This document shows, one piece after another, positions 37,299-46,761 of a DNA stretch of 64,000 bases. Position numbers and translations under genes: made by a program. The DNA is from an uncultured Candidatus Saccharibacteria bacterium (GTDB lineage: Bacteria > Patescibacteriota > Minisyncoccia > Phycocordibacterales > CSBR16-119): contig CAZPVH010000001.1 in NCBI GenBank assembly GCA_964589975.1, positions 246,851-310,850 of the forward strand. Reading direction: 5' to 3'. The notes beneath the pieces were generated by a model. It had not been told where the DNA came from and did no database searches. It saw only the letters and a program-made list of their open reading frames with translations. Position 1 is the first letter of the stretch. The number at the start of each line of letters is the position of its first letter.

Positions 37299-38996
37299 CT
37301 ATCTTTCCAAGAAAACCCTGGCCATCTGGACATCAAAATACGACGCGCCTTTAATTTTGCTTTTGACCGGCGAGAGATTCAGTTCTTCAGTTTTGTTATA
37401 AATTTCCTGAAAGGCATTCAGGCACTCTTTAAACTTCTTTGTCTTGGGCCGGAGATATTCGATGCGATCAATGGAGCACAATCCGGTCATAAGAAGCTTC
37501 TCAATATGGTTCAAAACTGTTTCTTTGGTCAGCCCCCTCTCTACCGCGATCTCGTCGATTGATTTTTGCGCGTTGATTAGGACAAGGGTCTTCTCAAAAG
37601 TTGACGTTCGTTTCTCTTCCTCCTCTTTAGCTTTAATGTCGATTGCTTTTATAGATCCTCCGGAGCGCTGGATGAATTCCTCATGCGATTTTTGCATCTC
37701 TTCCGGAGATTTTTTCGAAAGGTATTCGAGTATCTGCTCAGACTTCTTGCGGAAGCGAACATCGGCTTCGATAATCTTTGGATGAACCATGAGGGCGTTC
37801 GCGTTGAAACCAAGGAGCGATAGGCCCGCCAGCGTCCGGACGCGCGAAAGCGCCACGTAGCCCTGTCCGTATTCAAAGGCTTTCCCCAGGTCAATCTCGG
37901 CGGCATCTAGGCTCATGCCCTGGCTCTTGTGAACCGTAATAGCCCAGGCCAGGCGTAAAGGAACTTGGATTATGGAAGCCAAGACTTTATCGCCATCCTG
38001 GACACTCCAGGAGTCAGGCTCAATCACGATCTCCCGACCGTCGTTTGTTATGACAAGTGGATATCCCGTATCATCGTCGAAGCCAATGACTTCGGCGATA
38101 GTGCCATTCACATATCCGGCTTCAAAATTATTCTTCGTACACATAACAACAGCGCCGACTTTGAGACACAGGCTTTCCGGAGAGAGGCAGGTTTCTTTTA
38201 AGCGCTCAACGTACTTCGCCTTACCTCGGGAATCCATTTCAAAATATTGTTCCTCTGTCTCTAGCTTTTCCAGCTCGACGGAGTTTATTTGATCAACATT
38301 AGCGTTGTGAGTATAGAGCTTCGTTGCTTTTACAGTATCTTCAAACGGGACATGAAGCCTGTCGTGTAAATCCTCAAATTCTTCTTCGACTTCGCCTCGA
38401 CGAATACGATCAAGGACGGAGAGAAGCGCATCATCTTCTTGACGGTGTTGTTCGGTTATATAGGCGACCAACGGATTCATTTCCGCCCAACTCTTTGATT
38501 CAAAGGCAAACTTTGCTTCCTCGCCTTTCTTTGAAATTGGCGGAAGCTGGAAGAAGTCGCCTACTAGAACTACTTGTAGCCCGCCGAATGGGAGTTCATT
38601 GCGCCTGAAGCCCTTGCAGACTTTGTTCACGGAATCCAGGAGTTCAGCCGAGAGCATGGAAATCTCGTCAATGATAAGAACTTTCGTCTTGTCGTAGCGG
38701 CTCCAGAGATATTTCTTGCCTTCGAGCTCGTCGACTTCATAATCAGTAATATTTTGCCGGACACCGATGCCTGACCAGGAGTGAATGGTCACACCGCCAA
38801 TATGCGTCGCGGCAATGCCGGTTGAAGCGGTGATAGCGACAGGAATATCGTGCTCACGGAGATACTGCGTGTATTGATTCAAAACATAAGTCTTGCCCGC
38901 CCCCGGCGCACCGGTCAAGAATACATTTGCGCCAGATTTCAATATTGTGAGAGCTTCCGCTTGGGTCATAGGATTAAATTTTAGCACGAAAAGCAA
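37299..38996 (-). CDS. Pif1/RecD-family SF1B DNA helicase with a C-terminal HTH-like tail
   Basis: Walker A GAPGAGKT and the Pif1 signature GDFFQLPPI. Confidence 0.8.
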   Translation of the reverse strand: MLFVLKFNPMTQAEALTILKSGANVFLTGAPGAGKTYVLNQYTQYLREHDIPVAITASTGIAATHIGGVTIHSWSGIGVRQNITDYEVDELEGKKYLWSRYDKTKVLIIDEISMLSAELLDSVNKVCKGFRRNELPFGGLQVVLVGDFFQLPPISKKGEEAKFAFESKSWAEMNPLVAYITEQHRQEDDALLSVLDRIRRGEVEEEFEDLHDRLHVPFEDTVKATKLYTHNANVDQINSVELEKLETEEQYFEMDSRGKAKYVERLKETCLSPESLCLKVGAVVMCTKNNFEAGYVNGTIAEVIGFDDDTGYPLVITNDGREIVIEPDSWSVQDGDKVLASIIQVPLRLAWAITVHKSQGMSLDAAEIDLGKAFEYGQGYVALSRVRTLAGLSLLGFNANALMVHPKIIEADVRFRKKSEQILEYLSKKSPEEMQKSHEEFIQRSGGSIKAIDIKAKEEEEKRTSTFEKTLVLINAQKSIDEIAVERGLTKETVLNHIEKLLMTGLCSIDRIEYLRPKTKKFKECLNAFQEIYNKTEELNLSPVKSKIKGASYFDVQMARVFLER

Positions 38997-39058
38997 AAGG
39001 CCCCGCGAGTTGCGGGACCTTGAGATACTGCTGCAAAAGCCTTAGGTATTTGACAGGC

Positions 39059-39517
39059 TCACATCTTCTCATAGATGACGAGACACTTCGCCTTGCCACG
39101 AGTGAGACATACCTCGTCAACCACCACTCGCCCTCGCTCAAATCGGACGCGTTGTCCAACCCTAAGACGAAGGAAATTGATCATCCTTTTGGAGTCGTGA
39201 CCATTATGGATGATCGCGACATCCTGCTCTGCCCACACATTGCGGTGCTTGATCATACTGTGAGATGCCATCCCGAACGGCAAGTCATGCGGCCGAACTT
39301 CGAGTTCGGCGTGCCGATACATGATCTTGGCCGACGAAGCCAGACGTTTGTCAGGACCCATATGGCAATGTGTCTTTTCACTCAGCTGTTTCGCCTTATT
39401 CAAGCTTCGGGTGTAAAAGCGCTGCGTCATGATATGGCTTCCCTGTGGCAATGCCCTGCGAAGACGATCGAGCACAAGGCCGATATTATCGGTCCTGATG
39501 GTGATGGAATTTTTCAT
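39059..39517 (-). CDS. hypothetical protein (152 aa), His-rich motifs
   Basis: HCHMG and HNGHD motifs of unknown meaning. Overlaps the next gene by 4 nt. Confidence 0.4.
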   Translation of the reverse strand: MKNSITIRTDNIGLVLDRLRRALPQGSHIMTQRFYTRSLNKAKQLSEKTHCHMGPDKRLASSAKIMYRHAELEVRPHDLPFGMASHSMIKHRNVWAEQDVAIIHNGHDSKRMINFLRLRVGQRVRFERGRVVVDEVCLTRGKAKCLVIYEKM

Positions 39518-39939
39518 GCGCTGATGATGATCTTTAGGCGTTTGATGGACTCTTTGAACCCCAGGTTGTGATTCATCAAGCCGGGTAGGGCCACTTGCAT
39601 GATTCGCTGGAGTTCGCTGAGCTCAGTCTTCAAGGCATCGATATCGATTTCCTTGGTTTGCTGATCTAGTGCGAGTGTGCCCTTACGGGTACTGGTGCTA
39701 TAAACACCTTCTACTACCTGGGGGCTGCCATTCACCATAATGTAGAGTTTCACTCTCCAATCATGGCCGGATCCTTCATAAATTGGTTCGATCCCGACTA
39801 CACCAGCTTTCACTGTGTAGCTGACCTTGTCTCGGAGACTGAAGTCCGTTGTGCGATATTCCGCGCATAAGCGCATCGCATCAAAGAGTTCTTCCCGGCA
39901 AGGCCCGCTTACGATTTCTGACTGACCTGTTAGCAACAT
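39514..39939 (-). CDS. hypothetical protein (141 aa)
   Basis: Own TTGACA..TATAAA promoter at about 40045-40075. Confidence 0.4.
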   Translation of the reverse strand: MLLTGQSEIVSGPCREELFDAMRLCAEYRTTDFSLRDKVSYTVKAGVVGIEPIYEGSGHDWRVKLYIMVNGSPQVVEGVYSTSTRKGTLALDQQTKEIDIDALKTELSELQRIMQVALPGLMNHNLGFKESIKRLKIIISA

Positions 39940-40107
39940 CGTACGATGTTTTAAATGTGCAGAGACTTGGTTGAGGAAGCCTCTAAACCTCCTTATCCCC
40001 GAGGGGCGACTTACCGTACAGCAAGAATTTCCTTTGTTTATATCACATTATTACATAATTGTCAACAATAGAAAAACCCCGATTTCTCGGGGCTTTTCGT
40101 GAGTAAA

Positions 40108-40518
40108 TTATCGCTTTGACCACTGCTTTCTCTTTCGAGCAGCCTGTGCGAGACCGGCCTTGCGGCGTTCTCGAGCCCTAGGATCACGCTTCAGGAATCC
40201 AAGCTTTTTGAGCGGTGCACGAAGCTCCGCATCGAATTCTACGAGTGCTCGCGTAATACCGTGTCGGACAGCCTCAGCCTGAGCATTCGTTCCCCCGCCA
40301 TTTACATGAGCCGTAACAGAGAACTTCTTCTCAGTTGTTCCCTTGTCCAGGGCGTCACTTGCAATAAGCTGATGTCCGCGAACTGGGAAATACTCATTCA
40401 TGAGCATATCGTTCACCATGAACGAAGGCTTTGTAGCAGGAGTGAGGCGAACTCGCGCCGTGGCGGTCTTTCTTCGTCCTACTGCTTCAAAATATTTGTC
40501 TTTGGTAGCTGCTGACAT
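40108..40518 (-). CDS. rpsI: 30S ribosomal protein S9
   Basis: C-terminal ...RKRKQWSKR. Confidence 0.9.
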   Translation of the reverse strand: MSAATKDKYFEAVGRRKTATARVRLTPATKPSFMVNDMLMNEYFPVRGHQLIASDALDKGTTEKKFSVTAHVNGGGTNAQAEAVRHGITRALVEFDAELRAPLKKLGFLKRDPRARERRKAGLAQAARKRKQWSKR

Positions 40519-40519
40519 A

Positions 40520-40867
40520 TTATTCTTTGACGGTTAGATTCTTAAGCATTTTTGCGGCCAAGCGATTGGCTGGGAGCATGCCCATAACTGCGTAGCGGAA
40601 AACTTCGCCATAGCCTTTCTTCTCGATCACTCGCTTCATCTTTTCGTAAACAAGTCCGCCTGGGTAGCCGGAATACTTCTCGTACTCCTTCGTTTCTTTC
40701 TTTGCATCAGAAATGTCGGCCTGAGAAGCATTTTCGATAGTTACCTTGATCCCCGCGAGCTTATTACGCTCAAACGACGGATCATTCTTGCCCATGAGGA
40801 TAGACGCCGCTTCCTGAGCGACACGTCCGAGTTTTTTTCCTTTTGCGTCTATCTTATATTCGGTCAT
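40520..40867 (-). CDS. rplM: 50S ribosomal protein L13 (short form)
   Basis: HSGYPGG ... AVMGMLP motifs. Confidence 0.85.
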   Translation of the reverse strand: MTEYKIDAKGKKLGRVAQEAASILMGKNDPSFERNKLAGIKVTIENASQADISDAKKETKEYEKYSGYPGGLVYEKMKRVIEKKGYGEVFRYAVMGMLPANRLAAKMLKNLTVKE

Positions 40868-40870
40868 ACA

Positions 40871-41227
40871 TTATTTCACAAATTCGATAAGCGCCATCTT
40901 TGCTCCGTCTGACTTTCGAGGTGGGAGCTTTAGAACACGAGTGTAACCTCCGGCAACGCCCTTGAACTTTGGGGCAATCTCAGAGATGAGAATCTTTACC
41001 TCCGGAGCGCGGTTCATAAGCCTAGAAACGATCACGCGGCGGCTCGCTAGCGTATCCGTCTTTGCTCGAGTTACGAGCTTTTCCATAAATGGGCGGAGCT
41101 CCTTGGCCTTGGCCTCAGTCGTGCGGATTCGGCCGGCTTTGATAAGCGAAAGAGCAAGACCCTTCATGAGGGCGCCCCTGGCTGCAATGTTTCGTCCGAA
41201 TTTTCGCTTATTATTGTGGTGTCTCAT
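40871..41227 (-). CDS. rplQ: 50S ribosomal protein L17
   Basis: MRHHNNKRKFGR N-terminus. Confidence 0.9.
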   Translation of the reverse strand: MRHHNNKRKFGRNIAARGALMKGLALSLIKAGRIRTTEAKAKELRPFMEKLVTRAKTDTLASRRVIVSRLMNRAPEVKILISEIAPKFKGVAGGYTRVLKLPPRKSDGAKMALIEFVK

Positions 41228-41248
41228 ATCCTAAAATTTACAGTTTCT

Positions 41249-42235
41249 CTACTTTAGCAGAATTCCAAAATTACTCAAGGTTCTCTTGATTTCCTGGAGA
41301 CCCTTGTCTCCCATACCCTCTAGGGCAAGGAGATCCTCACTGGTCTTTCGGGCAATGCCGCCAACAGTCCTGATTTTGGCATTTGTAAGAGAATTCAGGG
41401 TTCGAGTTGAGAAATTGAGGTCCTCGATCCTGGTTTTCATGACTTCTTTCTCGTCCTCGCCTTCGGCTGACTGCTTCTCATCATGAACATCTTTGATTTC
41501 CTTCTCGACAGCCGAGATAATTTCTTCCGGCTTCTCATCAAGGCCCTTGAAGTCATGGATAGACTGGAGCTGGAGGATCATGATCTCGATAGACTTCTCA
41601 ACGGCTTCGCGCGGAGAATATGTTCCGTCTGTTTCAACAGAGATGCGGAGGCGGTTGTAGTTTGTCGCATCGCCAACGCGCATGTTTTCAACTTCGTAAG
41701 AAACTCGGCGGATAGGTGTGAAGATAGCATCAACGGCAATGTGGCCAATGGACATCTTTTCCTTCTGAATCTCTTCTTTTGAAACGTAGCCAAGTCCGCG
41801 CTCGATGAAAAGCTCGATATTAAGGTCTGCTTTCTTGTCCGTGACCTCGCAAATGTACTGCTCAGGCGTAAGAACTTCTACTTGACCTGATGTTTCGATG
41901 TCTTTGGCTGTAACTACGCCAGTTCCTTTGAATCGGAGAGTCACCGTCTGAGGTTCGTCAGTAACCAATTTAAAACGCACTCGCTTCAGGTTCAGGATGA
42001 TATTCAAAACGTCTTCCTTGATTCCATCAAGGAGAGCGAACTCATGATCAACTCCGTCGATCTTGAGGCTTGTGATAGCCGCGCCGGAAAGCGAAGACAA
42101 AATGATCCGGCGGAGCGAGTTCCCTAGCGTGTGACCATAGCCCGGGTAGAGGTTATCAATCTCGTAAACTCCTTTGTTTCCTTCTTCGGAAACGAGTCTC
42201 GGTTTCGACGGCAAAATTATGTTTGATTCAACCAT
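41249..42235 (-). CDS. rpoA: DNA-directed RNA polymerase subunit alpha
   Basis: N-terminal domain and alpha-CTD motifs. Confidence 0.95.
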   Translation of the reverse strand: MVESNIILPSKPRLVSEEGNKGVYEIDNLYPGYGHTLGNSLRRIILSSLSGAAITSLKIDGVDHEFALLDGIKEDVLNIILNLKRVRFKLVTDEPQTVTLRFKGTGVVTAKDIETSGQVEVLTPEQYICEVTDKKADLNIELFIERGLGYVSKEEIQKEKMSIGHIAVDAIFTPIRRVSYEVENMRVGDATNYNRLRISVETDGTYSPREAVEKSIEIMILQLQSIHDFKGLDEKPEEIISAVEKEIKDVHDEKQSAEGEDEKEVMKTRIEDLNFSTRTLNSLTNAKIRTVGGIARKTSEDLLALEGMGDKGLQEIKRTLSNFGILLK

Positions 42236-42261
42236 AAGATATTTACTAATAATAATTAAAT

Positions 42262-42870
42262 TTAGCGGCTGTAGAATTCAAGGACGCGAGCGAAGTCGAG
42301 CATGGAGCCCTCTCGTCCAGGTTTTGCTTTTATGGCGCCTTCCATCTTTCCAGCGTCAAAGGTGAGCCAGGCTGGATATGCGTACTTATCAAGCTTCTTT
42401 GTAAGCTCAGCGAACATAACGCTTCCCTTTGAGCCCTCTTTTACAGAAATCTTATCTCCTTCGGAAACTCGATAGGATGGGACAGTCGTCTTCTTGCCGT
42501 TTACCATAAAGTGGCCATGGGAAACCATCTGCCTTGACATGGCTCGGGATGGGGCGAGACCGAAGCGATAGACAACATTGTCTAGGCGTCGCTCAAGGAG
42601 TTCGTGGAGAACATCTGAAGCGGCCGCGCCTTTTGTGGCGGTAGCCTCTTTTACGGCATTAGAAAACTGCTTCTCGGTGATTCCGTACGTGTATCGGATC
42701 TTTTGCTTCTCCATGAGCTGCTGACCGTATTCAGAAATCTGCTTGCGCTTCTTTGACTTGGCATTCTTTGCATGCCTGGCTTCTGACGCAGCAAATTTAG
42801 GCGACTGTGTCTTGTCGAACACGGCGCTTCCAAGTCTTCTTGCGATTTTATATTTAGGTCCTATTTTCAT
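42262..42870 (-). CDS. rpsD: 30S ribosomal protein S4
   Basis: S4 N-terminus plus an S4 RNA-binding domain. Confidence 0.9.
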   Translation of the reverse strand: MKIGPKYKIARRLGSAVFDKTQSPKFAASEARHAKNAKSKKRKQISEYGQQLMEKQKIRYTYGITEKQFSNAVKEATATKGAAASDVLHELLERRLDNVVYRFGLAPSRAMSRQMVSHGHFMVNGKKTTVPSYRVSEGDKISVKEGSKGSVMFAELTKKLDKYAYPAWLTFDAGKMEGAIKAKPGREGSMLDFARVLEFYSR

Positions 42871-42892
42871 AACTCAATCGTATCTTTATCTA

Positions 42893-43315
42893 TTAAACTC
42901 TTCGAGGTTTAGGTGGTCGTGGGCCATTGTGAGGAACTGGGGTCTTGTCTTTAATTGAGGTGATGTCGATACCGCGAGAGATAAATGAACGGATAGCAGA
43001 CTCTCGGCCCGTACCAACACCCTTTACCACAACTTCTACCTCCTTCAATCCGACAGTCTCGGCTTTTTCAGCCAAAACATCGCCTACTTTAGCGGCTGCA
43101 AAAGGAGTTCCTTTCTTTGCGCCCTTGAACCCAAGCGCTCCAGAAGAAGACCAGAACAGGACATTGCCTTTCTTGTCAGCCAAAGAGACCTTTGTATTAT
43201 TAAAAGTTGCCTCCACGAATAGGACGCCCTCGGCGACCTTCTTCTTTGCTGCTTTTGCTGTGGATTTAGCCGAAGCCTTTCCATCACTACTTTTTACAAT
43301 TCTTTTCTTTCCCAT
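42893..43315 (-). CDS. rpsK: 30S ribosomal protein S11
   Basis: Conserved S11 core. Confidence 0.95.
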   Translation of the reverse strand: MGKKRIVKSSDGKASAKSTAKAAKKKVAEGVLFVEATFNNTKVSLADKKGNVLFWSSSGALGFKGAKKGTPFAAAKVGDVLAEKAETVGLKEVEVVVKGVGTGRESAIRSFISRGIDITSIKDKTPVPHNGPRPPKPRRV

Positions 43316-43321
43316 ATTATT

Positions 43322-43702
43322 TTATGTCTTTGTAGCGATTACTCTTCCGGATCCCATAGTCTTTCGAACATTTCCTCTGACGGTTCGCGAGTTGGTCTTC
43401 GTTCTCTGTCCTCTAGTTGGAAGCCTTTTTGTGTGACGAGAACCTCTGTATGAACCAATATCTTTGAGTCGCTTGATGTTTGCAGAGATCTCGCGCTTCA
43501 GGTTTCCTTCTATGTTGAAACTTTCGACGACTTTTCTAATAGTGTTCTCCTCATCGGTCGTCAGATCCTTTGACTTCTTACCAAGATCAACCTTCGCCTC
43601 CTCAAGTATTTTTTTGGCGCGAGAACGTCCGATGCCAAAAATGACAGTGAGGCCCATGTCGATACGCTTGTTGTCTGGAATTGTTATACCTGCGATTCTC
43701 AT
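43322..43702 (-). CDS. rpsM: 30S ribosomal protein S13
   Basis: MRIAGITIP N-terminus. Confidence 0.95.
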   Translation of the reverse strand: MRIAGITIPDNKRIDMGLTVIFGIGRSRAKKILEEAKVDLGKKSKDLTTDEENTIRKVVESFNIEGNLKREISANIKRLKDIGSYRGSRHTKRLPTRGQRTKTNSRTVRGNVRKTMGSGRVIATKT

Positions 43703-43712
43703 ACTAAAAATA

Positions 43713-43835
43713 TTATCCCTGCCTTGCTTTTCGGCGAGGGTTTTTCTTATTTATCCGGAAAATTTTTCCCCTTCTCTTTACGAGCTGGTCGCCCTGCTGG
43801 AGAGCGTTTCTTTTTATGGACGCCTTTATTTTCAT
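43713..43835 (-). CDS. rpmJ: 50S ribosomal protein L36 (40 aa, cysteine-free zinc-independent variant). Not in the ORF track because it is under 60 aa.
   Basis: Hand translation gives MKIKASIKRNALQQGDQLVKRRGKIFRINKKNPRRKARQG. L36 has the signature MKV/IRAS...KQRQG ends. It sits between rpsM and infA as expected. Confidence 0.7.
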   Translation of the reverse strand: MKIKASIKRNALQQGDQLVKRRGKIFRINKKNPRRKARQG

Positions 43836-43977
43836 CCGGTAATTAGTGGCAATAGTTTGCCCGCCTAGATATTTAAATAATAATTCAACTAAAAAACCCG
43901 CTTCTTTGATTGGCCTTTTGCCAAACTATTGCAGGATTTTTATACTAACAGAGGCTCCGCAATAATGCAAGGGGAAA

Positions 43978-44196
43978 CTATAGGCGTCTTGAAATCCTGC
44001 CTTTTTCAGCGGCTCGATCTGTCACCACTTCTACCCTGTCGCCAATCATAATCTTGATCCGAAACTTTCGCATCTTACCAGAAAGATAGGCCAAAATTGG
44101 CTTCTCATTTTCCGGTATTTCAACACGGAAAGTAGTGTTTGGAAGCGATTCTATAACCGTTCCTGTGACAATTCTTTCATTTGTTTCCTCTCCCAT
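43978..44196 (-). CDS. infA: translation initiation factor IF-1
   Basis: 72 aa, S1-like IF1 fold. Confidence 0.9.
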   Translation of the reverse strand: MGEETNERIVTGTVIESLPNTTFRVEIPENEKPILAYLSGKMRKFRIKIMIGDRVEVVTDRAAEKGRISRRL

Positions 44197-44232
44197 TTAT
44201 AGATTAAAGAATAGCAGTAAAAAATCCCGGTG

Positions 44233-45534
44233 TCAATCAGAGACTATATATGTAAAACTGTTTATAATTTTTATTGCTCCGGGCTTATCCGGGAATGTCG
44301 TCCTCCAAAAAGGTTTAAGCGACAATTCCGCGCTCTCAATATTCTTAAACTCAAGCATTTTAGACTCAAAGTCTCGCTTTCGGGTACCGACAAGGGCATC
44401 CTTTAGCGCCTCATCATTTATATCCCAGACGACATCAACTTTATCATCAATAGTTATCTTTATATCTGAGTCCTCTTCTGACCCGGCCTCTGCCTCATCA
44501 AGCTCAATATTTAGATCTCGAATATTTGGAATAAAGACGCTATTCTCTTCACTCTTTGCAATAACCTTCTCGACCAATGCGCGAGTAAGATCTTCTTCCT
44601 TGAAAATATAAGCATCAATTTTTCCGGTGACTTTGACTTCAGCCTTGCCTGCTTCACCGCCCGTAATATCCGGCTTAGCAAAAGTGATCTTCACGGCCCT
44701 ATCATACATTATGAAGTCAGCCGGAAGCTCACTGCGAGCTTTTTCGACAAGCTCCGTTCGAAGTTCCGCCTGCAGACTATCCGTCAAAGTATTTAATTCC
44801 TCTTCACTAATATCGTATGAGTCTCCTTTAAAACCGCCTTCAACAGGGGTAGTCGTCTTCCCATAGACCTTTTCATACTTAGGGCCGCCCCGGAAACCTA
44901 TTATTTTCATGTCTGTATCTTTTTCAGGGAGATTATAGACATCCCCCGCTTCATCAGCATAAATAGCGACATCCACGCTTCCTGGAACAAGCTTGCCCTT
45001 TTCTGTTCTCTGACCAGGTATCACTACGGCCGTCTTGGTTTTGTAAATGTAACCGTTTGGAGACTCTAGACGTGTGTCGATAAGAAGCTTCTGAGGCGCG
45101 GTGCTATTGTTGTTATAAAGCCTAACAGTTCCCGTCGCCTTTCTTTCGACATATTTTTTTTCTGATGCGTCGGTTGTTCCAGACTTTGAAAGCTCGTTCG
45201 AAACCATCTCATAAGAAAGCCCCGTGCGAGATTCCTTTTCAGCTACAATAGGACCAGAGAGCTCAACGCTACCTTGTCGGGGAGTAACATAAACTGATGC
45301 GCCCGCAAAAACAAAAGTCAACGCAAAGACAAGAATAATTATTGCCAATGCGGCAATCCACCAGATACCTCGACCGCCCGAGCGTGAATCGCCGGCATAA
45401 ACATCATTATCGAAATCATCATTTTTTCTCATACCAAGCTTGCGCATGCGAATTTCATGCTCATGATTTAGCATTTCTCTTCTCTTCTGAGAACGGCTAG
45501 AAGGTTTGATGTCGTGTATGTAGTTCTTAGTCAT
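44233..45534 (-). CDS. bitopic membrane protein with a large extracytoplasmic domain
   Basis: Cytoplasmic His/Arg-rich N-terminus, one TM, then about 330 aa outside. Overlaps the upstream actin-like ATPase gene by 8 nt. Confidence 0.5.
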   Translation of the reverse strand: MTKNYIHDIKPSSRSQKRREMLNHEHEIRMRKLGMRKNDDFDNDVYAGDSRSGGRGIWWIAALAIIILVFALTFVFAGASVYVTPRQGSVELSGPIVAEKESRTGLSYEMVSNELSKSGTTDASEKKYVERKATGTVRLYNNNSTAPQKLLIDTRLESPNGYIYKTKTAVVIPGQRTEKGKLVPGSVDVAIYADEAGDVYNLPEKDTDMKIIGFRGGPKYEKVYGKTTTPVEGGFKGDSYDISEEELNTLTDSLQAELRTELVEKARSELPADFIMYDRAVKITFAKPDITGGEAGKAEVKVTGKIDAYIFKEEDLTRALVEKVIAKSEENSVFIPNIRDLNIELDEAEAGSEEDSDIKITIDDKVDVVWDINDEALKDALVGTRKRDFESKMLEFKNIESAELSLKPFWRTTFPDKPGAIKIINSFTYIVSD

Positions 45535-46684
45535 GATCTCTTCGGTTTATATAAATAGCTTTCATGGCGATACGCGAATCTCTCATGGCACCCGTGGTAA
45601 ATTCCACAAATCCATGCAGCGTCTTCATGTTCGTTATTATAACATTAAACTTTGAATGACCGGTTGTGAATTCTGGGAAAAACCCGGCATTCTGGCTTTC
45701 TCGTAAATACTCGCTCATTTCTCCTTTATATGGAAAGAAGACATTCGGGGGAATATGTCTTCCCGGCGACAATATTTCAAAAATGGATTTTAAACGGCTG
45801 TGCCATTCCTCTCTTGCCACATCGAGGGCCGTGCCCACTCTTTCTGCAACCACGGCATCAAGACTCCCATTTCTATACAGAGTAAAAAGTGAACCCGCCT
45901 CGACCGCACCCCTACCCATTATTTGTCCCATTCGTCTAATTATTGATCTTTCGCCGACCGGAAAGGATCCCACGCCGGAAATGTGATCTTTTCTAAGCAT
46001 CAGAACCTCAGTAGTTTCAGACCCCAGACTAAGGATCATAAAATCATGAGAATCTGGCAGCATGTCACGCATAACCGCAAAGTCCGCCAAGATCTCTCCA
46101 CCGAAACTGATTTTAGATTTCCAAACCTTGTGAATTCTATCGGAAAGCTGTGATAAAAGCTCCGATGGCGCAAATGAGAAGAACCCTTCGATCACAGCCA
46201 AGCGACAAAATTTGCCGTGTGGCTTATCCGTTACATAACCGTTTAGAGATACCTGGACCGTCCGCTGATCCATGAGCGTTCTGCCCGGATCTTTTTCGGC
46301 GATTTTCTTTATTTCAGCCTTGATCATTCGTGCCGCGAATTTTTCCGTAAATCTGAAATCGTGAGGGCTTTCGTAGGCAACCTTTCTAAGCTCTGCGTCC
46401 GCCCATGGCGAAGCGAGAAATACGTATATCTGCGAGGGCCTCCCTTTCCAGAACTTTTGGAGCTGAGTTGAAACCTCTTCGATACCCGAAAAAAGGTCGT
46501 CCTTCATTCGAGCGGGAGAAATTTCATCGCGAAAAGTAAAATCTCGACGCACCGTTGATAAAATGAGAGGTTTTTCCCCTTTTTCACGGACGAAGAATCC
46601 ACCTGCAACCTCACCTGAGCCAATTTCGAAGACAAGAACAGTCTCTTTATTTTTTATACCAAATAGTCCCATAGATGTATACAT
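45527..46684 (-). CDS. actin-like ATPase (FtsA/PilM-like)
   Basis: Phosphate-1-like EIGSGEVAGG and adenosine-like LSLGSETTEV motifs. Start reset to 46684 because the track ORF ran through the upstream terminator. Confidence 0.5.
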   Translation of the reverse strand: MYTSMGLFGIKNKETVLVFEIGSGEVAGGFFVREKGEKPLILSTVRRDFTFRDEISPARMKDDLFSGIEEVSTQLQKFWKGRPSQIYVFLASPWADAELRKVAYESPHDFRFTEKFAARMIKAEIKKIAEKDPGRTLMDQRTVQVSLNGYVTDKPHGKFCRLAVIEGFFSFAPSELLSQLSDRIHKVWKSKISFGGEILADFAVMRDMLPDSHDFMILSLGSETTEVLMLRKDHISGVGSFPVGERSIIRRMGQIMGRGAVEAGSLFTLYRNGSLDAVVAERVGTALDVAREEWHSRLKSIFEILSPGRHIPPNVFFPYKGEMSEYLRESQNAGFFPEFTTGHSKFNVIITNMKTLHGFVEFTTGAMRDSRIAMKAIYINRRDHD

Positions 46685-46761
46685 TGTATCAACCATAACA
46701 AGTTGTACGAAGTTGAAAACGAAAAACCCCTGCATCAGCAGGGGCCTTCGGTAAGTACATT

